The notes under the pieces were generated by a model. That model was given only the letters and a program-made list of their open reading frames with translations. It was not told where the DNA came from and did no database searches. Positions 37,365 through 47,116 of a DNA stretch of 64,000 nt are shown in pieces. Position numbers and translations under genes: made by a program. How positions within the stretch are numbered: the first letter of the stretch is position 1; every line of letters begins with the position of its first letter. Source of the stretch: Squalus acanthias (lineage: Eukaryota); the NCBI GenBank assembly GCA_030390025.1, contig CM059432.1:137208001-137272000 (forward strand), in the 5' to 3' direction.

Positions 37365-38530
37365 TAAATAAAAACAGAAAATGCTGGAGATACTCAGCAG
37401 GTCAGGCAGCATCTGTGAAGAGAGAAACAGAGTTAACGTTTCGGGTCGATGACCTTTCGTCAGAACTGGAAAAAAGCAGGAAATGGAACAGATTTTTAAG
37501 CAAGTGCAGGGGCTGGGAAATGGGGGACGGGATGAAAGAACAAAAGGAAAGGTCTGTGATAGGATAGAAGGCAGGAGAGTTAAGAGACATTAAGAGATAT
37601 TCAAGGCAAAAGGAGATGGTAATGGGACAGGTTAAGAAACAAAGGATGGCTCTGATGAAGTGTGAATTGCGCTGGCAGAATGAAAGACAGCTGCCATGTG
37701 GGAGAGAAGAAAAAAAGGCACAAACAAAAAGTGTGGATAAAAAAAATATATATGATAGGGGCCGAGGTTATGATCTGAAATTGTTGAATTCTATGTTGAG
37801 TCCAGAGGGCTAGAAAGTGCCTAATCGAAAGATGAGGTGCTGTTCCTCGAGCTTACGCTGAGCTTCCGTGGAACAATGCAAGAGGCCGAGGACAGTGAGG
37901 TCTGAGTGGGCGTGGTGCGAAGAATTAAAGTGACAAGTGACCGGAAGCTCGGGGTCCCCCTTACGGACTAAACGGAGGTGTTCCTCAAAGCAGTCACCCA
38001 ATCTGCGTTTGGTCTCTCCAATGTAGAGGAGACCACATCGTGAGCAGCGAACACATTATACTAAATTGCAAGAAGTACAAGTAAATCGCTGTTTCACCTG
38101 GAAGGGGTGTTTGGGGCCCTGGACAGTGGGAAGGGGGGAGGTATAAGGGCATGTGTTGCATCTCCTGCGCTTGCACGGGAAGGTGCCGGGCGAAGGGGAA
38201 GGGGTGCTGGGGGTGATAGAGGAGTGGACTAGGGTGTCGCGGAGGGAGCTGTTCCTACGGAATGCTGAAAGGGGAGGTAAGGGGAAGATGCGTTTGGTGG
38301 CAGGATCACACTGGAGGTGGCGGAAATGGCGGAGGATGATCCGTTGAATGTGGAGGCTGGTGGGGGTGAAAGGTGAGGACAAAGGGAACTCTATCGTGGT
38401 TCCAGGCAGGGGTGAACCTGAAACGTTAACTCTGTTTCTCTCTTCACAGATGCTGCCTGACCTGCTGAGTGTCTCCAGCATTTTCTGTTTTTATTTCGGA
38501 TTTCCAGCATCTGCAGTATTTCCTTTTTGT
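37365..38530 (-). mobile_element. Penelope-like retroelement 3' part: GIY-YIG endonuclease pseudogene with an inverted terminal repeat
   Basis: Minus frame FPCKRRRCNTCPY..FTCTSCNLV*CVRCSRCGLLYIGETKRRLGDCFEEHLR..LPVTCHFNS..RKLEEQHLIFRLGT; terminal repeat at 37365-37470 and an inverted partial copy at 38414-38530. Confidence 0.92.
37431..37467 (-). ncRNA. Minimal type I hammerhead ribozyme motif with intact core
   Basis: Minus strand AGTT-CTGACGA-AAGGTC ATC GACCC-GAAA-CGTT-AACT: CUGANGA and GAAA core, helix I AGTT/AACT, helix II, palindromic AACGTT helix III. Confidence 0.75.
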
Positions 38531-39664
38531 ATTAGTGTTCAGAAGCCTTGGCAGGTTTAATTGTGCTCGTCGAGGAAAAGGAGGGTCAATTATTGGAGTC
38601 AAGTTTCCTGGCATAAATGTGATTTTGTTTTTGTTTGGTGGATCCTTCTATGTTTGAGTTGTGAGAGTAATTTTACTTTTAGGGATGTATAACGGGGTGG
38701 GTGAGGAACTGTCACTGTGGATGCATCTCATTTTTTTTTGCTGGAACGTGCTTGTGTAGAACTTTTTTCGGAGGCGTGTGATTGGGGAGAAAGGTTTGGT
38801 GCAATGCAATTGATGAATAACAAATGTAGAAAATAGCCAATTAGAAACGAGAAAAACACAAGTGAGGAAGAAGAAAATCGACAGACACTACGGGTATGAT
38901 GTAGATGATGGTCACAAGAGGCACACTTTTATTATAACAATTTGCATTTAACCAATGCACGCTAATGACATAATTGGGGAATTGGTTTGAAGTAGTTGTT
39001 CAGCCTGACAGCATAAGTTATTGAGCATGACAGTTTTGAAGGAGCAGAATTTTCAGCAGAGTTAATAATTAACCCGGAGTGCTTCAGTGCTTCTTCATTT
39101 ATAATTTGGATTTTAATTAATTCTTCTCGCACTGTCAAGCTCGGTGACATTTTGAAGACAATTCCTCTGATGCTACCAACAATTACGATTTAAACAATAG
39201 CATTCAACAGGCCAACGGCGTCAGAGGGAGAAGATAAGTTAAAGTTAATCGGAGCCTTTATGTAACTTCAGTTATGCTGCACACACCAATTGTATGAGAA
39301 AGTGATCGCTGTAAAATCAGGCAGATGCCTATCCCTGTTATTTTTCTTACTGAGCCTCACTGAGTCATATTAATTCTCCCACCATTAGCAGCAGTCACTC
39401 ACTGACATGAAAGCAACAACAACTTGTATTTATATAGCAACTGAGAAAAACGTCCCAATGCGATTCACGGAGGCATAATCAGAAAAGCAATATTGAAGGA
39501 AATGAAAATGATCAATTTATAGCTTCAATAGGTAGAGATAGAGAGCACAAGATTCCATACATAAGAGGAAGGAATCGACAATCGTGTCTGAAAATTTGGC
39601 ACGTAGATTCATGTATGCAATGATGAATTTCTAGTCTTTTATCAAATGAGACCTGATTGAAATA

Positions 39665-40244
39665 TCGGTTGAGCGTCCAAAATCCGGAGTTCCGGAATCC
39701 GGAATGTTCCGGAATCCGGACTCCGGGACGATTGGTGGCAGGGTCGTCCAGAATCCGTAAAATGTTCCGGAATCCGGAACTCCGGATCTTGGACGCTCAA
39801 CCTGTACTTCATAAAGCCATTAACTTCTGTTGTCTTTTTTTGAAAAATCCTATGAAAAATGCGAGTGAAGCAATAAAACTTTAGTGTTGTGTTTTATCCT
39901 CCTTAATCTGCACAGCTCCACTAAGTGTTTCCGCCAGGCTGCGGCCACGGCACCACGCCGCCCTGGTGGCCTAGTGTGGGCCATCGGATGCTCTGCAGAG
40001 CTCGCAGCGTCCCTCCCCTTTAACAGAAGGGGAGGGGCGGAGAAACGCGTCAGCGCTACGCGGAGCGGCCCAGGCATTTCCGGACTCGGAACGTGTTTCT
40101 GATGTCCGAAGTCCGGAAACGCCCGAGCCCAGGTTGCGATATTTCCGGACTTCGGACATCAGAAAAACGTTCCGAAGTCCGGAAAAACACGAAAACCGGC
40201 TCGGCCTCGGTCCCAAGGTTGCCGGATTAGGGACGCTCGACCTG
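39665..40244. mobile_element. pogo/Tigger-like MITE with a palindromic left unit (39665-39804)
   Basis: TA-flanked TIR-like GGTTGAGCGTCC; right ends GGACGCTCAACCTG|TA (39804) and GGACGCTCGACCTG|TA (40244); TCCGGA subterminal arrays. Confidence 0.75.
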
Positions 40245-40319
40245 TATATTATGAGAACCATACTTAAGTTGATTGGACATAAAACAGAAAATGGTGGAAA
40301 TGGGATGGTAGGAAAAAAA

Positions 40320-40885
40320 TCAAAGAATCATACAGCGCAGAAGGAGGCAATTCGGTCCATCGTGCCTGTACCGGCTCTTTGAAGGAGCTGTCCAATTTAA
40401 TCCCACTCCCCCCTGCTCTTTCCCATAGCCCTGCAAATGTTTCCTTTTCAAGTCGAGACCCAATTCCCTTTTGAAAGTTACTATTGAATCTGCTTCCACC
40501 GCCCTTTCAGGCAGCGCATTCCAGATCATAACAACTCGCTGCGTAAAAGACTTTCTCCTCATCTCCCCGCTAGCTCTTTTGCCAGTTATCTTAAATCTGT
40601 GTCCTTTGGTTACTGACCCTCCTGCCAGTGGAAACAGTTTCTCCTGATTTACTTTATCAAAACCCCTCATAATTTTTGAACACCAATATTAAATCTCCCC
40701 TTACCTTACCCTGCTCTAAGGAGAACAATCCCAGGTTCTCTAGTCTCTCCATGTAACTGAAGTACCTCATCCCCAGTATTATTCTGCACCCTCTCCAAGG
40801 CCTTGACATCCTTCCTAAAGTGTGGTGCCCAGCATTTGAGACAATACTCCAGCTGATGTCTAAGAAGTGTTTTATAAAGGTTTAG
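40320..40885 (-). mobile_element. CR1 3' fragment
   Basis: LYKTLLRHQLEYC..WAPHFRKDVKALERVQ and MRGFDKVNQEKLFPL..FTQRVVMIWNALP. Confidence 0.92.
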
Positions 40886-41731
40886 CAACCCATGTAGAAC
40901 CCTGATTTGCATATTTAATGAGCCTCCCACCTGTTTTAGGCAGGTGGGGTACTCATCTATTTACAGGGCCTCCTGAAAACTACATCAAGCACTTTACAGC
41001 CTTCTGGACTCAACATTGAGTTCAACAATTTCAGATCATAACCACTGCCCCCATTTTTCCAGATAGCAGGTGCTGGTAATGATTCTGCTGTTGCTATTTA
41101 CACCTCCTCTAAACCCATCTTTTGTTTCTTTACTTGTCCCATTACCACTCCCTTTTGCCTCGCACCATCATCCCTTTAGTCATTTAATCACTCCTGCCTT
41201 CCACCCTATCACAGACCTTCCCTTTTGTTCTTTCCTCCCCTCCGCCCCCCTTTCCCTGCCCCTACACTTGCTTAAAACCTGTTCAATCTCCAACTTTTTC
41301 CAGTTCTGACGAAAAGTCATCGACCTGAAACAAAGGCCTAGAAATTCGATTAACCCCAAAAACGGGCGGTGCCACCGCGGGCCAAGGTTAGCGGCCGCCC
41401 GTAAAAAGGGTGGTGCCTGCTGATTTAAATGAGTGCAGCACAGAGCCTCCCGTGCAACATGTTCTTTCAGGCAGTAAGATCAGCAGAAGGCCGAAGGTCA
41501 GGTCTAATCTATCTGTGCGGCGTTCTCAAGAAATTGCAATTTATTAAAGTGAAGTGCAATGTTTCCTGTTGTTTTGTAGGTTGACAGAGAGGGCATGCAA
41601 GATAACTCAAAGCATAACAATATTTCTGATTCTACTCCCTAGTGTTAGAGTTACGGGGCCCTGGCCAATTAACCCTTTCACTCTAGAGTTTCCAAATGAT
41701 TCGACTTGACCCAAATTGGACGACAGTGATG

Positions 41732-42492
41732 GGCCCAGAAATTTGCCTCTCCGGCTTGCCGCGGGGGTAAGGATCGCGCGCGCTCTTACCTACCGCGCCT
41801 GCCGTTGTGTTTTGGGCCCACAGGAACTTCAGCTCCTGGGCCTGTTCCAACTGCCAGCGCGCAGTGCTTGCGTGTCCCAGGGGCGTAGTTAGTGCGATGC
41901 GTCCCCTGGGATCACGTGGGCCATGGAGAGCCAATGGCAGCAGACCATCTTTCATTCATAGATTTGACAGGAGACCTGTCAAATCTGTGAATTGAAATCG
42001 GCCCCAAAAGAACAGCTAAACTTAAAATAAATTAAAAAAAAACATCGCATTTATAAAATAACTATAGTTAAATAAATTAACCACTTGAAACAAAAATTTA
42101 AATTTTTGAAAAAATTAAAATACTTTTTAAAAGTGATAAAAATAAACTTACCTTTCTTTAAAGTATCTAAAAAAGATAAACCTGTTGAAAAAAATTTAAA
42201 ATTATACTTAATTAACCACTTACCTTGTTCAAAACCCGTCTTGCGCCTCCTTTTTAATAGCGTAGTTTCTTCAATACTTACCCTCGCGTAGAAACCTGAA
42301 AAAAATCTAAGTTTGCTGCGTGCGTGCAGCCTCTAGCGCGCACGCGATTCACCTAGGAACCGCTCCCTTCACCATACCGGAAGTTCCGGTTTCCCGCGCA
42401 TGCGCAGTGCATGCAGGAAACCGGCACTTCGGGACACATTACGGGTGAGTACGGACTGAGTACTCACCCGGGAAGGGCCGAATTTTTGGCCC
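41732..42492. mobile_element. Harbinger-type MITE, family A
   Basis: TIRs GGCCCAGAAATT / AATTTTTGGCCC; close reverse-complement match to 27611-28351. Confidence 0.9.
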
Positions 42493-42502
42493 AATTATTC
42501 AG

Positions 42503-43222
42503 TGTAAGTGAGACTTGATACATTATAGCATCTGAGAAATAGTCACACAAGGCGCAATCAAGATTTATATTACCCATTGTGCCCTGGGTAAAGGTCACGA
42601 TCTCCACGAGCAAACCCCCGCCGGCCCTTTAGACTCTGCGTATGGTCGGTGTCACACATATGGTCCCTTCCGTCCTTCCTGGCCTGTCTGTGGATAGTCT
42701 CAAGCTTTTCAACCGAATGCCCTCTATAACTTTATTGTCGAAGAGACTCCTTCTTATACCCCTTCTTCACAGCAAAGTCTATGGAGACCATTTAACCCAA
42801 TCATGGACTCACACCTGAATTTCGCTACCCAATTCCAGGGATGCCACGTACCCACTGATCCACCTGTCTAGGCCAGGCCATCACCCTCATGACCCCAGCT
42901 CCTGAAGCCATCTGTGTTTCACTCCTCAGCAGAGTCTAGCTCAAACAAGACGTGGTGTCCTTGTTCATTAGTTACATAAGAACATAAGACATAGTTATCT
43001 CATCTGGGAAGAGAACAGTGATATGACTTTGTTATGACTTCGCCTTTGTCCCTTATCAGGGTCTCTGGAATCTTGCCAAGCTAGCCTTGTTGTTTTTGCA
43101 GGTAGCTGTCCTGTTAGGCGAATGCGGAAGTGGGCTTTTTAATTCTTGGTCAATGAAGACCCATGAACCTTTAGTTGCCTCCATCTTACTTCCCAAACCA
43201 GGGCTACCCAGGGCATATCACA
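42503..43222 (-). mobile_element. Probable solo LTR
   Basis: TGTAAG...TCACA termini; flanks TCAG/ACAG; minus-strand TATA-like GGGGTATAAG at about 42753-42762. Confidence 0.5.
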
Positions 43223-43812
43223 ACAGGTTTACAAGTATGATTATAAGTGCAACAATTACGTAATGAAATCTTTAAACTACCGTTAATAATAGTATGAATT
43301 GATTATATTTTAGGTTAGTTAGTAAGTAAATCTGAAATGGATACTTTCCCAGTATTCTAAAGGCAACCTATTCATTTAATACACATGCAGAGTGAATAAG
43401 CTTTGTTGCTACCGAGGCTTTTCACTGTAAGTCCTTGTAGGAGTATATCTCTCTAGAAATTACTCGGATAAGCATTTTGAAAGGTGTACTGGAATTGGGA
43501 GCTTTGATTGCAATACTGGATGTTAGAGCCGGCATAGGTGATCCATGAATCCTCCCTGAGTAGACCAAGAGATGTGAAACATTTACTGGATATCCTGAAC
43601 ACCTGGATATCAAGACAAGTAAATGCAGCTGTACAAATTCCTTCAGAAACAGGAAAAATTTGTTCGGTCTTCTTTAATTGAGAATGTAAAAAGCACACAC
43701 CTGTTACTTCAGAGGAACAGGATGCAAATTCAATATAGACTTTTGTAACAATAACAGTAAACATTAACAAAGCCCAAATATTATTTCATTTCCAGTTTAC
43801 TAACACAACTCA

Positions 43813-44580
43813 GCAACAACAACTTGTATTTATATAGCGTCTTTAACGTAGTAAAACGTCCCAAGGCGCTTCACAAGAGTATTATAAGACAAAAAATTTG
43901 ACACCGAGCCACATATGGATAAATTAGGGCAGGTGACCAAAAGCTTGGTCAAAGAGGTAGGTTTTAAGGAGCGTCTTAAAGAGGAAAGAGAGGTAGAGAG
44001 GTTTAGGCAGGGAATTCCAGAGCTTAGGGCCGAGGCAACAGAAGGCACGGCCACCAAAGGTTGAGCGATTATAATCAGGGATGCTCAAGAGGCCAGAATT
44101 AGAGGAGCGCAGATATCTCAGGGGGGTTGTGGGGCTGGAGGAGATTACAGAGATAGGGAGGGGCGAGGCCATGGCAGGATTTGAAAACAAGGATGAGAAT
44201 TTTGAAATCGAGGCGCTGCTTAACCGGGACCCAATATAGGTCAGCGAGCACAGGGGGTGATGGGTGAGTGGGACTTGGTGCGAGTTAGGACACAGGGCAG
44301 CTGAGTTTTGGATCACCTCAAGTTTACGTAGGGTGGAATGTGGGTGGCCAGCCAGGAGTGCGTTGGAATAGTCAAGTCTAGAGGTAACAAAAGCATGGAT
44401 GAGGGTTTCAGCAGCGGATGAGCAGAAGCAAGGGCGGAGACGGGCGATGTTACGGAGGTGGAAATAGGCGGTCTTTGTTATGCTGCGGATATGTGGTCAG
44501 AAGCTCATTTCAGGGTCAAATATGAGACCAAGGTTGCAAACAGTGTGGTTTAGCCTCAGACAGATGTTAGGGAGAGGGAA
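43813..44580 (-). mobile_element. L2 3' fragment
   Basis: Reverse complement of about 20545-21326; (CAA)n tail. Confidence 0.93.
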
Positions 44581-45384
44581 CGGAGATTAAGGCGGGGACT
44601 GAAATTGCTCAGTTGCACGCCAATTGACGGCACGCCCTTGATCATTAAAATATATGAGGTGAGCGCAGGCAACGGCAGCGCTGCCGACCTGCCCAATATG
44701 GCGGCCGCCGCGTTCTGCGCCGGAATTGAGGTGCCCGCTATTTTTTTCTTCAAAACCAGCCTTAATGGCCGGCGCTAAAGGTTCCAATTTCTAGGCCGTT
44801 AACTTTGTTTCTCTCTCCACTGATGCTGCCTGACCTACTGAGTGTTAACAGCATTTTCTGTCTATATTGCAGGCAGGCCTTGGAGTTAATGGGGCTGGGA
44901 GTAACGGCAGTTGAAAATCACCCCCATTCTGTCATTTATGAAGGCTGCCATGTGTGTAGGTAGCCTACTGACATCAGTCAAAAAAAATTCCCAAACTTTA
45001 CTTGGGACAATGAAAGAAAGAAAGACAGACAGATAGAAATAAATTGCATTTATATAACGCCTTGCACAGCCTTGGAAAGGCGCAGTGGGGCAGGATGACA
45101 GCGGGTTCCCGACCCGCTGTCAAAGATAACAGCTTTCCCACCCGACCCGCCACCGATCGCGTCCACTACCACCCTGGAAAATTCTGGCCTCAGTTCCCAG
45201 GGACAACAAAGACTGTGGGGGATGGGGAGGCATGTGCGGAGATATGCATCATATCTCTGCAGTCGTGATGCGGCCCAGGATTTCTGGGGTGGTTCCTAAA
45301 ATGAGCAGGACTAAGCATGCACCTGGAATAGGCACAGACCCAGCGTTGAAATAGAAATGAGGCAAGATAGCCACTGTTTATGCT

Positions 45385-46510
45385 CCTTGCGAGCCTCCTC
45401 CCACCTCTCTTCATCTAACCCCTATCAGCTTAATCTGCTATTCCTTTCTCCCTTATGTGTTTATATAGGTTTCCCTTGAATGCATCTATGCTATTATTCG
45501 CCTCAACCACTCCCTGTGGTGGCGAGTTCCACATTCTCACCACTCTCTGGGTGAAGAAGTTTCTCCCGAATTCCCTTTTGGATTTATTAGTGACTGTCTT
45601 ATATTTATGGTCCCTAATTTTGGACTCCCCACAAGTGGAAACATTGGGCCAGAAATTCGGCTCTCCACGGGTGAGTACGCGCTGTGTACTCAGCCGTAGG
45701 GCCACCGGAAGTGCCGGTTTCGCGCATGCACTGCGCATGCACGGGAAACCGGAACTTCCGGTCTCGTGAAAGAAGGGGTTCAGAGGTCGAACGCGTGCAC
45801 CGGAGAGGCAGCGCGTACGCAGCGAACTTCAGGTTTTTTTTCAGGTTTCTCCGTGAGGGTAAGTATGGAGAAGCTGCGCAGGAAAAAAGGAGGCGCAAGG
45901 CCTGCTTTTAACAAGGTAAGTGGTCAATTAAGTAGAATTTAAACATTTTTTCAACAGCTTTATCTTTTTTACATACTTTAAAGAAAGGTAAGTTTATTTT
46001 TAGCACTGTTAAAAGTGTAATTACATTTTTCAAAAATTTTAATTTTTGTTTAAAGTAGTTAATTTATGTAATTTATAGTTATTTTAAAAATGTGATTTTT
46101 AAAAAATTTATTTGAAGTTTAAGTGAGGTTTTGGGGTCTTCCTGTCAAAATCTATGAATGGAGATTCCCTGCTCCGATTGGCTCTCCATGGCCCACGTGA
46201 TCCCAGGGGACGCTTCGAACTAACTGCGCCCCTGGGATACGCAAGCACTGCGCGCCGGCAGCTGCAGGAGGCCCAGGAGCCGAAGTCCACACGGGCCCGA
46301 AGCACAACGGCAGGCGCGGTAGGTAAGTACGCGCGTGATCCTTGCACCCGCGGGAAGCCGGAGAGCCGAATTTCTGGCCCAATATCTCTGCATCTACCCT
46401 ATCAAACCATTGCATAATTTTAAAAGCCTCGATCAGGTCACCCCTCAGTCTATTTTTTTCTTGAGAAAAGAGTCCTAGCTTTTCGTAATAGGTATAACCT
46501 CTTATACCCT
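45385..46510 (-). mobile_element. CR1 3' fragment interrupted by a family A MITE
   Basis: EFGRNFFTQRVVRMWNSPPQGVVEA; CR1 sequence resumes after 46380. Confidence 0.85.
45646..46380. mobile_element. Harbinger-type MITE, family A
   Basis: TIRs GGGCCAGAAATT / AATTTCTGGCCC, perfect; flanks ATT/AAT. Confidence 0.9.
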
Positions 46511-47116
46511 GTAGATTAAAGCTTACTTAATACTTCATTTTGTGCTTCAAGATAATTCTATAAAACTTTTTTTAGTGCCATTATATTCGTATAATGTGCC
46601 CATTAAAACAATTACAGCGGTGTGTTTGATATCAATTTATTGCGAAGGATCAAAGGCTCAGACAGCACATTATTGCTTTCATGTCTTGTCAGACCTAGCT
46701 GAGCTGGCTTCAAATGATACAATTACTGATTATAATTTAGCTTTTTTTCTAAAACATGCAGGAGGTGAAATCATGCTTTGCGTTATATGCGAACCCACTT
46801 CTGAGAGGGTGCCAGAGGGGTCGGACATGGAAGTGGCCTCTGACAGTGGGGAGAATTCAGGCCCTGGCTCTGCAGCCTGTGGACTCAGATCCCAGGGACC
46901 TTGCTGTAGAAAGAAGGACGAGCGTCACACACTCATGGAGGCACAGTGATAAATGATCCTTTAATAAGGTGCTTTATTTTATGTTTTTTTTGTTTTTCTG
47001 GGATTTGTATTTCTTTCATTTTATGATTGAAGTAAGACACAAAAAGTCTTCTTCATTACAGTTTACTACCAGGAAAATATTCCCTCAGGACTCGCTGCAA
47101 AACTGAGAAATCTTAC

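Larger units (their letters stand above)
41335..44797. mobile_element. Harbinger-type element hosting a MITE, an LTR and an L2
   Basis: TIRs GGCCTAGAAATT / AATTTCTAGGCC, perfect over 12 bp; removing it rejoins the Penelope repeat. Confidence 0.8.
40990..44870 (+). mobile_element. Penelope-like 3' fragment split in its hammerhead by the 41335-44797 element
   Basis: QPSGLNIEFNNF end of the GIY-YIG ORF at about 41000; CTGACGA..GAAAC at 41306-41331 continues GTTAACT at 44798. Confidence 0.8.
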
